Source: an uncultured virus (IMG/VR IMGVR_UViG_3300009605_000001)
Lineage: Duplodnaviria > Heunggongvirae > Uroviricota > Caudoviricetes
Reading direction: 5' to 3' (one strand)
IMG/VR virus record: IMGVR_UViG_3300009605_000001
DNA: 20,000 bases
In this document: in pieces, positions 9,401 to 16,715 of the stretch
Numbering within the stretch: the stretch's first letter is position 1
Layout: the number at the start of each line of letters is the position of its first letter
Position numbers and translations under genes: made by a program
Notes under the pieces: generated by a model
Databases searched by the model: none
What the model was told of the DNA's origin: nothing
Seen by the model: only the letters and a program-made list of their open reading frames with translations

Positions 9401-10374
9401 GAAAGCTTAGTAATATTAGTAATCCCTTTAGCAATAGTAGCAGCTCCGTGTACTTTTTTAAGTACCCGACCCGCAAAGAAGCCAGCCGCTATTGGCGCAC
9501 CAACTCCAAGTGTTGCTGCTGTAATACCTAAACTAATAACAATAGAGGCAGGCATGTCTGGATCATTTATTAGACCGTCTCTAATAAAAGGCCACGCCGT
9601 AAGATTCCAAAACTCTTCCATCCCTTCCATCTCTTTTTGGTGGAAGGAGATAGATTGCGCCACTGCCTTATGATCAATAGCCTCATTAATAAAATACATA
9701 AAGGCATCTGAGTTAGTAGCATCTTCTGTTATTTTCTTTAGTCCTTCTCTACCACCAAAATTAAGTTCAAGATAAGCAAGATGACCGGGGCTAGTATCAG
9801 CCATAATATCCAACATCTTATCAGCACTATAGTTTTCTTGTACATACTCAAATAAATCTTCCGGCTGCTGAAACATTTGGGCAGCAAAACCAGAACCAAC
9901 ATCAACATATCTACCAATATCTTTCCAATCACCACCAAACTTAAGCCAGTTACTTTTGGTTGATAAGAATGGCTCAAGAAAGCCTTTAGATGTATCAGAT
10001 AATCCGGCTTCGCCCTTTGGATCTTCTATTAGTTCTTGACCCCGTAAAATTCTTTTTGCTGTTAGGTTCGATCTCGCTTGATTATATGTAAAGATACCTC
10101 TATGATAATCATCTGCAAACGCCATTGATGTTGCAATATTAGCTGGTAGTGTTCCAAACGCATAACCATCCTCATAAGGTATTAGACCCGCACCATACTG
10201 TGATTCCCTACCTTGTTCATAAGGATCAAAAGGAAGTTCTTTTGCTAATCCCCATGCCTCATTTAGTCTCTTACTAAAAGGCGATACCCCTTCTTCATCC
10301 ACCGCGTACTGTGACATATAAAACTCAGATAGCCGTGGCAGTTTTGTTGGAATATCAAACTCTGATCGTGGCAT
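1..10374 (-). CDS. Giant internal virion (ejection) protein, >3458 aa, 3' end outside the window; putative virion RNA polymerase (single-subunit T7/N4-type motifs) fused to a DEDD 3'-5' exonuclease domain
   Basis: ATG at 10374-10372, with SD AAGGAG 6 nt upstream. Hand translation (MPRSEFDIPTKLPRLSEF...FAAALKKRGTRVNGEPVVVT) found no stop codon down to base 1, which explains its absence from the ORF track. I saw only one Cys (6184-6186). It is the last and largest gene of the internal-virion cluster, the position of T7 gp16. The ORF itself is near-certain; the function is inferred from motifs. Confidence 0.9.
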   Translation of the reverse strand, partial: MPRSEFDIPTKLPRLSEFYMSQYAVDEEGVSPFSKRLNEAWGLAKELPFDPYEQGRESQYGAGLIPYEDGYAFGTLPANIATSMAFADDYHRGIFTYNQARSNLTAKRILRGQELIEDPKGEAGLSDTSKGFLEPFLSTKSNWLKFGGDWKDIGRYVDVGSGFAAQMFQQPEDLFEYVQENYSADKMLDIMADTSPGHLAYLELNFGGREGLKKITEDATNSDAFMYFINEAIDHKAVAQSISFHQKEMEGMEEFWNLTAWPFIRDGLINDPDMPASIVISLGITAATLGVGAPIAAGFFAGRVLKKVHGAATIAKGITNITKLSTHATKIAKIVDWLPENIGTTIFSKIAPDLGKRLAKTKGLRGMLYSSPLNAGEGFVEGALAEGINQTLKIKRGFIDEYDLGGIWAEAKMEAVFSVVANPILGTAMKYTVNAPLSAAGGIIGQGIMSLPLGARLRSSITEAWKAAARGSDNPILAAIEHYELGDSVVDSLNSIRQEGGDIDLNDLMDGPLGFVLDPWQIRDGVNTYDDVTSILSLLEEIKNDLDGEKISDDVLLDEIANRLIQRLGGPEAQTLAKQLGERTAIAKTRLRVARYVRKLNEENGTNFTPEEWLNQTDEISDEDLWEIYVDDNVESMVRVRMDKEGLNFDTATAAEKLKVVHDIEVEVEEKFREKEEKLKLSLEANTTELERLKQKAEDVDSLIQAKEEEEDSVLVDIAIKKRGDVTLTKEEEKIYNEHKEAVDRIIKKQIKESPQLAPKKPSTLRRKVSLMRAARKRAKRLKEAGVAQAEREKAMAGIQDKVERKGKIQAQITGIVESFAGEIFRMGFYWKHSKTGKISHKRKKGMEKVEIDREKVTTVEELFELEDFASKKETVRQLTVAIKKIDAEIKEVTDKVPETDWEISDRIAKKIIADKKLTEEEEAWRKKDLEGEGLVNARIDSLRAQEGEQQSAVVQTTKEKEEAESLKAALEEEREGTTDPKIRNKLDELIAEMDELISEFDESIAAWQDVESDSEALRDVKKEIGELTEKVKEIRDAIDTKYVGEKGKRISKLSLVVGTLSKTFVDTIAAEAEAGKHPKWRQKGEMDKNDVSPEEWADLEEAVQTWETIKSNEKNKASLLEGIKSGRVKLDDLRALALGLIGMQNEIFTKVIQPSDEYRQLEKLEEDMKRLDRKREKISLRYKLDMARKYGFASYQLKTIRAVLDYRNKELKTLTIRRHVLTKKLETTETISAEDLLGAFLPESATKDRVKKEIDERADSDEDPIVYSKEEALAIFEEAAKERETYIKSIKRNYFKDVNWSRVSNRPITASQWGINQATEAPAIDRTNTEAANKTAINKESIDRGIVPEEYAFTLAEELMALQEFHSQLISVLEGPWGRALDPEVGLVPIFVVDSCLPDGIYDAVFREVIVNAEGEEFPSNRTMEDLSLEYDTLFVRLDKLIALVTRRIMRANGDLKAISKESLTDLVRRIRGRRLVAKEGDAKVQKVLQRIEEKGEKWRIHEANSWVAEIRTALQDGRINELEARQIIHKLFKAFESEEGQLGLFRYISGINNRLEAEGKTLVSPDLTDWGFVQDVRALTLAGEGGFPKNLLKSLLHDFKGDEGLVTFIKKRDTAHQAVIAKNAETRATEEDVMVYDRDPKSKIGLYTAIAFTDRLMKASRAVDDDLFNQYGFLIDLTDNLSPDLDQTITFDLDDPESRAEAEMKYLEEVRKGIVEQLEVLFMQSQRQKKDIYAYFKIPEDLKDLDRIASIILDRLAEGDNEHTLITRDEIISMGDGTRGWQPARRLGWELVDFALVTRLKTKEIVTKRRKSPEYRSERKEENRFDEPQEGETVRTHPMLRGHMTSFAPERPEAVALVIEDAIVRKRLEFIFTEEIDENDIIEYNAYLEDKDGAVPGRPVSRSLQPDARLLPPIINVRLNDRITTREELKNILSEVLLDTANIAYAFLHDARWAAGPGLVYTSEGDAAFKMIHPELTTGLPTIVPMSGISSILALESMNMHLEGLANDVIQQATEAEQAYAKEHYKEFGPKYWENPEFYKRILSPKTYLDKKFNGLFVTKILSLGSEAAITAMGELRNKMNMSIEAEDYYIRAGLGFAETVRRKALAHPEYGELLSPMVTFYDQLATLGIDDHTKYTDYVSNEGSDPDMVRKMKLMREFWKPEVMRRLYTMGWKGWVELQTDPMFVGILTRLRQEFGFNFKDQSEGISHVMALFGHSIFDHIAGENAAVIDVALGIEGLREEARKILSMHENMTDRHITDWISTVKSMRNKEIKKTDQNNPAMKRDYLRRQLDLNIAMLAKREMMIGPDGERVQMTVEAFKEKYKNSRLMKADAIIRKADARAKSGEGGKLTLAEREEVGQLLQPKGMHWKHNQLFRALNTVNSTGFRVAVDVLKAQAATNHQRFNEEDLLGIQNFILYQIFLPGLESYRTYSASSNMNRHHHNTMFARIQTNQDAFKSFVAEEIRDEDWDNPAKIGRKIMEWSENPYEYVNGKQVFVDVEGESPLGQWRMEDNPHQKIPVRDKNGKVRLDKYGNPIMRMVDFDNDAEVAEWHKRMDHTIAVLMMRNEMLLRVTEPEKPPLSKYKAEDNMDELEAEVLSQWWEHSQEAAIDHTNAQRLQQDSVRNADGSRNQASIDYFSKGIGLLVPVAGHPMTFRGSAEHTMTELRHDTEDMVFESTDKPRGYMSWAPETRRMPYHNKGNLYLQNKAYHAAEREMMSPIEEVSAMLDQPLENPDHLIPVTSRGFEKPWNRETLPMGPDVKSDYLDYLMGLDANAPEMVANVVEMKMSKWAIERGFEAEMLDPEMVPYLYLVYRFDQKLEHEMDQIISAVRYGDKGLTNEEKLLQARNTYLEGFHALFQLSRDIRYKEMSSLLMETKGHEIGILNPDLADRTLYDILTSPYSENNPFSVLSGPTLIHKALKKSLVPTEHFIIEEGVNPGETIKLEETAIHPLLVQSVDELEFLVGVLWDGYISEAIETYIGIVKEPALKKQLRVIANQRDIQSFNAIPPDHREAIINVAREKAVLANDPVFSFDFIVESVEGRNDLVKLIQQQPTKDERTDKMILRNPMGGPFTMLMRVPRTVIGTNMKLGITPMGALLMLSSHKNYPFIERIETAMRTNKPTGRYRSNAEGKPELVRSDAEEMADYFGYSETEKMNRERVLSEAMEIIVDRVESGHTVAHMLVDGSRSSGNIKPRVVDWINYYRPDAGLRPNALPFFIESLISPITTAMKRLSSLGLLEMNIMARAAPERTMWSQHNPTKAVEILTSLGLDEAEAANIIEIQSNPNWIYDTDNVISIDIETTMDLEQRIVGIGGVERTLEAAGRVGFKKGKHFSPTRSVSGSEARALLKMLKQHLLAGGKVVTYNGNSFDLRKLGILANDLNTAQIVAELSIDLMQNNMLADSKFLGGDITQSLNWTLNSLLKGLKLGEKSEEGMFAAALKKRGTRVNGEPVVVT
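3427..4680 (-). other. Single-subunit RNA polymerase-like palm/fingers region (motifs A and B) within the giant ORF
   Basis: Motif A: YLD2052KKFNGL (4221-4219; cf. T7 D537GSCSG, N4 D559GVTNG). Then ED2090YY (cf. T7 QD569IY). Motif B: R2159EFWK2163PEVM2167RRLY2171TMGWKGW (3900-3841; cf. T7 R627SVTK631RSVM635TLAY639GSKEFGF). Then LFGHSIFDHI (cf. T7 YMAKLIWESV) and GPDGERVQ (cf. T7 TPDGFPVWQ). All are colinear. Confidence 0.7.
6781..8400 (-). other. Long Glu/Lys-rich predicted helical/coiled-coil linker in the giant ORF (approx. aa 660-1200)
   Basis: Heptad-like charged segments such as EEKFREKEEKLKLSLEANTTELERLKQKAE, LRDVKKEIGELTEKVKEIRDAI and YRQLEKLEEDMKRLDRKREKI. Boundaries are approximate. 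Confidence 0.55.
9469..9549 (-). other. Uncharged Gly/Ala-rich hydrophobic segment (candidate membrane-inserting helix or hairpin) near the N-terminus of the giant ORF
   Basis: ASIVISLGITAATLGVGAPIAAGFFAG (27 uncharged residues, approx. aa 276-302), preceded by NDPDMP and followed by basic RVLKK. Further G/A-rich stretches follow (GEGFVEGALAEG; LSAAGGIIGQGIMSLPLG), as is typical of podovirus ejection proteins. Confidence 0.6.
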
Positions 10375-10380
10375 TTAGTT

Positions 10381-10386
10381 CTCCTT
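10381..10386 (-). promoter_or_regulatory. Shine-Dalgarno site (AAGGAG) of the giant ORF
   Basis: The minus strand reads TTTAAGGAGAACTAA-ATG, with 6 nt spacing. Confidence 0.85.
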
Positions 10387-10412
10387 AAAGAATAAGTAGG
10401 TTAGTAGAAGGA

Positions 10413-13400
10413 TCATTGGTGTCTATTGCGTATTGTCTCCTGAATATCAGGCAATACCTCCCCGAGTTTTTCGCCAATTTTTTCGCCAATTTTTCCAGCA
10501 GCTGTTTCGGGTATGGCCTCTTTTAGAATGTCGACAAAGACTTTCATATGTGGGGGTAAGACTGCATAAGCAGCCTCCCAAGTAGCTGGATCATTCCTAA
10601 TTGGTTGCAGGGTTTCAATCAGATTATTCCACCAATGAGGATACTCCCCATTATTATAGTATCTGTATTGTTCAACGCTATCCTTTATGTTTGTTTTCAT
10701 CTCTTCTATTAATGCGTCTCTCTCCGTCTTATCTCCTGTTGCACCAGCAATAGTACTCAATGCTTGATTAATAATCATGTTTGTACGGCCTACCGGTCCA
10801 TGTTTGGGTGCTCCTGCAGCGACATCTATAGCAAACCCAACAAGCATAAGAATTTTTCTTACTTTTCCACCTGTAACTTTATCAAGATTTTCCTCCAAAC
10901 CCTCCAGATCAAGACCACCTTCGTCGATGATCCCCCAATCCTCTAAGAGCTGTACTGTGTTTGCTAGAGCCAGAGTATTCATAAATACACCCTCAGCAAT
11001 AGCCCCACCTAACGTGCTGTTTAGTTGATCATCTGCAAGAAGTTGATCTACCCTTTCTTGCTGTGCTACTCTTCGATCTATCATATCATTACTCAACTCC
11101 CAACCAAGACCCCGTATAATTCTTTCTCTGCCCCCAATACCTTGTACAACAATATCAAATTTTGGATTAGCTCCCCGTTTTCCTCTTCTTCCAGCAGGAT
11201 CTGGGGCTCTTACTTCTGTAATAAGCCTAGAGCTAGTTCTTATCATTAATCTACCATAATCGTCTGTTCCATACCCGGATTGAAACAGCCCCATCTCTTC
11301 AGCGTAAGCTTCTATCTTTTCCCCGCCCACTCTATCATCTAGTATAAACTTACGCATAGCACCTATGGACCAGTCTAGCATAGTTCTAGCTGTCCACTTA
11401 TTGTCTTGACTTCCCCACGATGCTCTTTCTTGTTCCCACATAGGTTCCAGTATTTCTTCTTTAAATACTTCAAAACCTTTAGGATCATCGGGATCCATCC
11501 CAATAGCGGGCAAATACACGCCAAAAGTATTTACCATGTTTTGCCACGTTATCAGGTTTATATGCTCTTCTGCTCCCTCTACTAAAGATAGGTTCTCTCT
11601 AGTTCGTTCTCTTGCAGGAATCCATACAACATGAGATGAATTATCTCCTGTTACATAGTGAGATACGGTTCTAGCATCTTTTTCATCCTTATCTAAAGAA
11701 GGCAGAATTTTATGAATACCGATTCCCTTACCCGGCATAAAACCCATTTCAATAGTCTGACCGTTATCGTCTCTTCTTACAGGCACCATGGTAACTTCCA
11801 GTAGTCCTAACGAACCCTCAATTTGGTTAATTATTTGGGACATACGTAATTTAGTACCAGAGGTACTACGAATACTGTGTGAAAGTATCATAGATTCCAT
11901 CATATCTCTGGTTGTCGGATTATTCGTGTACATGTTAAAAATAGAAAGAACTTTGCCTCGGGATGTTGGGTGCTCTACGCCAAGAAGAATTTCTTTTGAG
12001 TTTTCACTTAACGCGTCATACTCAGTCTTCCACTGTTTCCCGTCATCGTCTCCATGATATATTATACGCAGATCCTCTAAATCATTCTGCGCTCTTGGTT
12101 TTAAGTTCCACGACTGATCTCCGGGCATCCATGACCAGTCCCTTGTTGCTAGTGGTCCAGTTAGTCTATTTAAAGAATGTTTCATAGCCTGATACGAGGT
12201 TTCTGTTGTTCCTTGAATCACCTCTGGGCTTACTAAATACATTAGTGTATTTATCTGATGAAGATTGTGATCACTCATACTATCGAATAAAAGTTTCATA
12301 GCATACTCAGGACTAACGGAAACAGTTTTACCATCCTGAGAGATTTCCATTGTCTCCAGTTCTGGTGTCATAGTATATCGTACAGCTTCATCTAAAAACT
12401 CCCACATAGACTTTCCCATCGCAGCAGAAGAGTCGTTCAAAGCAACACCAAGGTTTGCAGATACACCCCTAAGATATTCTGCAAAGAATGAGTCATCGCC
12501 CAAACCCTCAAATATTCTATTAATTAGATTCAGACCATCGCCTCTAGTAGCTCCCGCTATTCTTCTTAGGTCTCCTAATACAGCTAAAGACACCAGCATT
12601 TTAGAAGCAGCTTCTGGGTTCGTTAGAAGCTCTTCTGTATCCATTAATGCTCCTGTTCCATATTCAGATTTTAAAAGCTGCATAGACTCTATCATAGCGT
12701 CTCCATATGCTCTATAAAATGAAGGAGTCTCTTTATATTTGTGTATGGAGTTGTCATGCATAATCCAAGCTCCAATACCGTACATCCTTAGGGGATCCAT
12801 ATCCACACGTTGTCCGTCCTCTCCTACATCAAAGAACTTAATACCTAAGTCTCCATTTTCCATAATATCTTCTATATGAAGGATATTAATATCTACATCC
12901 TCAGGTAGTCCCATGCCTGCACGCAGCATAGCATTAGCATCAGCATTTATTTGCTTAACTGCAGCTATAATACTTTCCTGAACCTGTGGAGCTAAAGCAT
13001 TCCAGCCGTTATCTTTAATAAATCTACTAAGATGAGCACCATCATCACTACTGGCAGGGTCTATAAGGTACGACTCCATAGTACTGCCCCATGAAACTTT
13101 AGTACTCCGCGCTGCTTCTGACATAGATTGCTTATCTCTTACATTATCCCATATCCTATCGGTTTCTTCACTAACCTTAAACGCCTTAAAACTATCACTG
13201 TAGGTTCGCAGGATAAGCATATTTGTATCATGAGAGAACTCACCCTGACTTGCTCGTAGTACATAGTTTTCAATAGCCGTATTCCACTCACTTATAGGAG
13301 TATCAAGATCTCTTACATTTGGTATATCCTTTAGGTTTATAATTTCGCTAAATATTCTAGCAGTATTCCAAATCCTCCTTTCATCTAAGGTTCTAGGCCT

Positions 13401-14705
13401 ATTGATCCTTTGTTTCTCTGCTAACAATTCTAGCATCTCTTCGTTGTTTAAACTATACTCTACTAATGATGCATCCATATCCATGAGAATACTATCATAA
13501 TACGCAGTCATTGGATCATCTGGATCCATCTTATCAATAGCCAACGCTAACGCTTGTCGTTTTATTTTCCAAGTGTTTGCTTCCATATCCTGTATACCTA
13601 AGTCTAAGAACATATCTATAATATGTTTAGCTTCTGTTGTTTTAGCTGGTGTCTCTTCCCTTCGTCTTACTTGATTATCTAGCATAGCTTGCGCATTATC
13701 ACCAATATCTTTAGTTAAGAATATTGGCTCAGTTAGATCTGGCTTTTGGAACGTTATATATGATGCAATAGCATCTTTAAGTTTCCCTATATTGCCAAGT
13801 AACTCTTCAGACTCTATGAGGCTAGTACGCTCTTCTTCACTCATAGCCTGAATCCGCTCACCTAAAAATCCATCTTCTCCAAAGAAGTCTCCAACCTCCG
13901 TTAGATTATTTACTTGAAACTGGACAAACTCATCCCACTCTTCTTCCCCCCATATTTGTGCAAAGTAATCTGTAAGCGGGGAATATTCACCCTCTACAAA
14001 TAATTCTTCTACCAACAACCAAGTGTCACACTCTTCTACAATCTGAAGATCAAAATCATGATCTTGCTCAACCATACGGACTTCATTATTAGCTTTTTGG
14101 TGTTCTTGTCTTCTGATTTGACTAGACATATTATCTACCCACTTAACAACAGTCTCTTCATCAATCGGTCCAGTTCCTCTCATTAAAGCTTCTGCGGGGC
14201 CGAGAGGTATGGTTTTACCTGTTTCATCAAACTGGTGAGGCCCTGCGATCCCCAGCTTGTGCAGTCCATAAGGATCTCTAACATTAGGAGCAACGCCACC
14301 AGTGTCCTGATAAAAAATATCTAGACCGGTTTCAACAAAAACTTCTCTTCTTAACCTTTCCTCTTCGGGCTTCAGATGACCCGTCCATCCATACGCACTG
14401 GGCCGCTGATGTTCCCACTCCCCACTCTCCAAAAGCCTTGCTCCAGTGTCCGTACTTCCTCTTGTATAACGCCAATTTTGTCTCGTAGAAGAAAGAGTTT
14501 CAGTAGGTACTGTTAACATCTCATCTAATTTTTGCTGTCCTTTAGCTTCTCTAAGTCTTGTATTCCACGGAGGCTCGGGAGACCTCATCATCAGACTCCT
14601 TCGCGACATAGGTGTTGATTGCTCTAGATTATTTTTTCTGTTATTCCCTAGCATATTATCTATGAGTGTGTCATATTTCTTATCATTAATTGGTAAACTA
14701 GGCAT
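10413..14705 (-). CDS. Large internal virion protein, 1430 aa (positional analogue of T7 gp15; no recognisable catalytic motif)
   Basis: Long ORF with SD GGAGGT and a TGATG overlap with the upstream gene's stop. It is acidic and helical-looking, has a single Cys, and sits directly before the giant protein. Function is assigned by position and composition only. Confidence 0.7.
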   Translation of the reverse strand: MPSLPINDKKYDTLIDNMLGNNRKNNLEQSTPMSRRSLMMRSPEPPWNTRLREAKGQQKLDEMLTVPTETLSSTRQNWRYTRGSTDTGARLLESGEWEHQRPSAYGWTGHLKPEEERLRREVFVETGLDIFYQDTGGVAPNVRDPYGLHKLGIAGPHQFDETGKTIPLGPAEALMRGTGPIDEETVVKWVDNMSSQIRRQEHQKANNEVRMVEQDHDFDLQIVEECDTWLLVEELFVEGEYSPLTDYFAQIWGEEEWDEFVQFQVNNLTEVGDFFGEDGFLGERIQAMSEEERTSLIESEELLGNIGKLKDAIASYITFQKPDLTEPIFLTKDIGDNAQAMLDNQVRRREETPAKTTEAKHIIDMFLDLGIQDMEANTWKIKRQALALAIDKMDPDDPMTAYYDSILMDMDASLVEYSLNNEEMLELLAEKQRINRPRTLDERRIWNTARIFSEIINLKDIPNVRDLDTPISEWNTAIENYVLRASQGEFSHDTNMLILRTYSDSFKAFKVSEETDRIWDNVRDKQSMSEAARSTKVSWGSTMESYLIDPASSDDGAHLSRFIKDNGWNALAPQVQESIIAAVKQINADANAMLRAGMGLPEDVDINILHIEDIMENGDLGIKFFDVGEDGQRVDMDPLRMYGIGAWIMHDNSIHKYKETPSFYRAYGDAMIESMQLLKSEYGTGALMDTEELLTNPEAASKMLVSLAVLGDLRRIAGATRGDGLNLINRIFEGLGDDSFFAEYLRGVSANLGVALNDSSAAMGKSMWEFLDEAVRYTMTPELETMEISQDGKTVSVSPEYAMKLLFDSMSDHNLHQINTLMYLVSPEVIQGTTETSYQAMKHSLNRLTGPLATRDWSWMPGDQSWNLKPRAQNDLEDLRIIYHGDDDGKQWKTEYDALSENSKEILLGVEHPTSRGKVLSIFNMYTNNPTTRDMMESMILSHSIRSTSGTKLRMSQIINQIEGSLGLLEVTMVPVRRDDNGQTIEMGFMPGKGIGIHKILPSLDKDEKDARTVSHYVTGDNSSHVVWIPARERTRENLSLVEGAEEHINLITWQNMVNTFGVYLPAIGMDPDDPKGFEVFKEEILEPMWEQERASWGSQDNKWTARTMLDWSIGAMRKFILDDRVGGEKIEAYAEEMGLFQSGYGTDDYGRLMIRTSSRLITEVRAPDPAGRRGKRGANPKFDIVVQGIGGRERIIRGLGWELSNDMIDRRVAQQERVDQLLADDQLNSTLGGAIAEGVFMNTLALANTVQLLEDWGIIDEGGLDLEGLEENLDKVTGGKVRKILMLVGFAIDVAAGAPKHGPVGRTNMIINQALSTIAGATGDKTERDALIEEMKTNIKDSVEQYRYYNNGEYPHWWNNLIETLQPIRNDPATWEAAYAVLPPHMKVFVDILKEAIPETAAGKIGEKIGEKLGEVLPDIQETIRNRHQ
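10467..10494. repeat. 12-nt tandem repeat (tttttcgccaat, approx. 2.3 copies) encoding KIGE-KIGE-KLGE at the C-terminus of the 1430-aa protein
   Basis: Exact copies at 10467-10478 and 10479-10490, then a partial copy; in frame. Confidence 0.8.
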
Positions 14706-15694
14706 CAGCTACCTCCCTTCAGCTTACGTAGGCGTGCAAAAAGTAATTCCTTTTGTTCCTTGAGTCGTTTCTCTGCCAAGCTACCCTCAAGAACAACCTT
14801 CTGATATTGAGAAAGATCTTCAAGTCTAGCTATAGCTTGATCTCTATCCAGCTTACTAATTTCTTCATTTGTTATCCATTTATATTTTCGCTTAGGATCT
14901 TCATAAATGTTTTCTATACCAACTACCCCAAAACCAGTACGTTTTTCTACGGGAAGGATACGTTCTGTATTAAGAATCTCAGTTAATTCTTCTTCATATG
15001 CATCTCGTTCCGCTTTTTGTGCAGCTATATCAGGGGCCGAAAGATCTACTTGTTTTATAATCTCATCAACGCTTCTCATCAAACCGATTCTCTCCTGCTC
15101 TTTCTGAGCTAAAGACTCTTGTAGAGCTATACTTTGTCTCTTATTAAAAGCATCTCTACGAGCCTGTATCTTAGCATCCTCATCAGCTTCCTTAGCGTCT
15201 TCCTCATACAGTTGCCGTTTTGCTTCTCTGTCCTCATCTTCCCCTCTAGCTACCCCTATTGCGGCTATTAAATCTAATTGCTCTTGAGCTAAGTCCTTTG
15301 CTTCTTGCATATTATTTGTATGCCCAACGAAATCTCCTGCTATAGCTTCCTTTCCCTCCGCAACAGTCATGATTCTGCCATTGATTCTAGCATCATTCTC
15401 CCCAAGAGTATGGCTATACTCCTGTGCTTCTACCCCTGCGTCATTGCCCGCCGCCACTCTATCCTTTTTGTTTTGTTCATCGTTTTTTCTCCAGTAATCA
15501 AAAAGCTTAGTAGCCTGACTTAGGAAAGCAGCTCCGTTTTGCCATGCTTCCATCATTTTCGTATGATAGAATATAGCAGCTCCGTTAGCGTTTTGTGTAC
15601 GCTGTACCTGACTAACTGGAGTCAGTCCCATTACCTTTAAGGATCTATCTACTTCCGGAGTACCCGGAGGATTAATCTGCATAACACTAGACAT
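14705..15694 (-). CDS. Putative internal virion protein, 329 aa, coiled-coil rich
   Basis: ATG at 15694 after AGGGGGG-TAAAAA, overlapping the upstream stop (ATGTCTAG). It has no Cys, a Pro-containing extended N-terminus and E/K/A/Q-rich helices. Confidence 0.65.
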   Translation of the reverse strand: MSSVMQINPPGTPEVDRSLKVMGLTPVSQVQRTQNANGAAIFYHTKMMEAWQNGAAFLSQATKLFDYWRKNDEQNKKDRVAAGNDAGVEAQEYSHTLGENDARINGRIMTVAEGKEAIAGDFVGHTNNMQEAKDLAQEQLDLIAAIGVARGEDEDREAKRQLYEEDAKEADEDAKIQARRDAFNKRQSIALQESLAQKEQERIGLMRSVDEIIKQVDLSAPDIAAQKAERDAYEEELTEILNTERILPVEKRTGFGVVGIENIYEDPKRKYKWITNEEISKLDRDQAIARLEDLSQYQKVVLEGSLAEKRLKEQKELLFARLRKLKGGS

Positions 15695-16715
15695 TTTTTA
15701 CCCCCCTTTTTTCTGAGGTTTGAAGTAGACCTTCCCATTTTTTAATAAAGTCAAATATAAGATCGTGTTCATTAGTATATATGTTTTGATCAATAGCTTT
15801 AGTTACAACCTTTTCAAGTCCTTGATTAACGGCTGCTACTGGATCAAACTGTAACTGGGCATAGTCTAAGATAATATTATTATGGTGCTCAGTAAAGTTA
15901 TTACCTAGTGTATCTAGCTTATCAAACAACACTCTTTTGTTTTCCCTATCTAATAATTGATACTCTTGTTCAGCTTCTTTGTATTTAGGAGCTAGCATCT
16001 TATCAATCATATTATAGTTATCAGAGTATAGTATGTATTCTTCTTGGGGATCTATAGGATTATAGTCTTCTTGTACAAGAGAATATATAGGAACCAGAGC
16101 ACCTTGAACAGATACAGCAATCCTACCTGCCTCATCCGTATGTATCTCATCTGGAGTATATCCATACTGTATCGCAGAGTATAAGTCTTCAGAGTGTATC
16201 CTTCGGCCTACAGCATGAGATAGTTTAAAATCATCTCTTGTAGTAATGTGATTAACTGCGTCTTCTGTATTTAGTTTATTATTAATTCTACTAAGCTCTA
16301 AAGCCCTACCTTCTCCCATTATACGACTACGCTCAATATCCATTTCATATTCTTTTTGTAGCCACGAAGGCCACGAAGAAGCGTTATTCTTAAAGTAATC
16401 TCCCCGTTCAGAATCTGATGGAAGCTGGTCAAGCTCTCTATTTATACGGTTAGTTGTATCACTTTTAAAAGATGAGCCCGGATATGCCTGCTCTTCTAGT
16501 TCCCACATTTTATCATTAATATCTGGATGAGAGATAACGTCTCTGGTTTCTCGTTTGAATACTCTATAACGATCCTTTGGACTTAGGTTTGCAGGTATGC
16601 TGTTTAATGCAGTCTTACTAGCATCTAGCTGGGCTTTAGCAAGAAGCTGCTTAGGTGTAACAGTTTCTCGCGGAGTACCTTTAGCTATCATTTGAAGTGT
16701 ATTATAATCAGCCAC
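15687..16715 (-). CDS. Putative internal virion protein, 342 aa (start revised to GTG at 16715)
   Basis: SD GGAGGAGG (16728-16721) lies 5 nt before GTG 16715, and GTGGCTGA overlaps the upstream stop. The track's TTG start at 16730 overlaps that SD and is less likely. No Cys. Confidence 0.65.
   Translation of the reverse strand: MADYNTLQMIAKGTPRETVTPKQLLAKAQLDASKTALNSIPANLSPKDRYRVFKRETRDVISHPDINDKMWELEEQAYPGSSFKSDTTNRINRELDQLPSDSERGDYFKNNASSWPSWLQKEYEMDIERSRIMGEGRALELSRINNKLNTEDAVNHITTRDDFKLSHAVGRRIHSEDLYSAIQYGYTPDEIHTDEAGRIAVSVQGALVPIYSLVQEDYNPIDPQEEYILYSDNYNMIDKMLAPKYKEAEQEYQLLDRENKRVLFDKLDTLGNNFTEHHNNIILDYAQLQFDPVAAVNQGLEKVVTKAIDQNIYTNEHDLIFDFIKKWEGLLQTSEKRGVKNV

Noticed and set aside
9738..9977. 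79-aa minus-strand ORF with hydrophobic stretches (holin-like appearance)
   Set aside because: It is out of frame inside the giant ORF, starts at TTG without a clear SD, and its hydrophobicity is explained by the shifted frame.
1..10374. Reading the giant protein as a family A DNA polymerase with a proofreading domain
   Set aside because: Motif A lacks the D-x4-E steric gate (it has Gly), motif B has Met rather than Phe/Tyr at K+4, and the exonuclease is C-terminal rather than N-terminal.
1..10374. Stop-codon recoding or a non-coding desert as the reason no long ORF is listed here
   Set aside because: The frame is open in the standard code. TAA, TAG and TGA all serve as normal stops in neighbouring genes; the ORF finder simply needed a stop inside the window.
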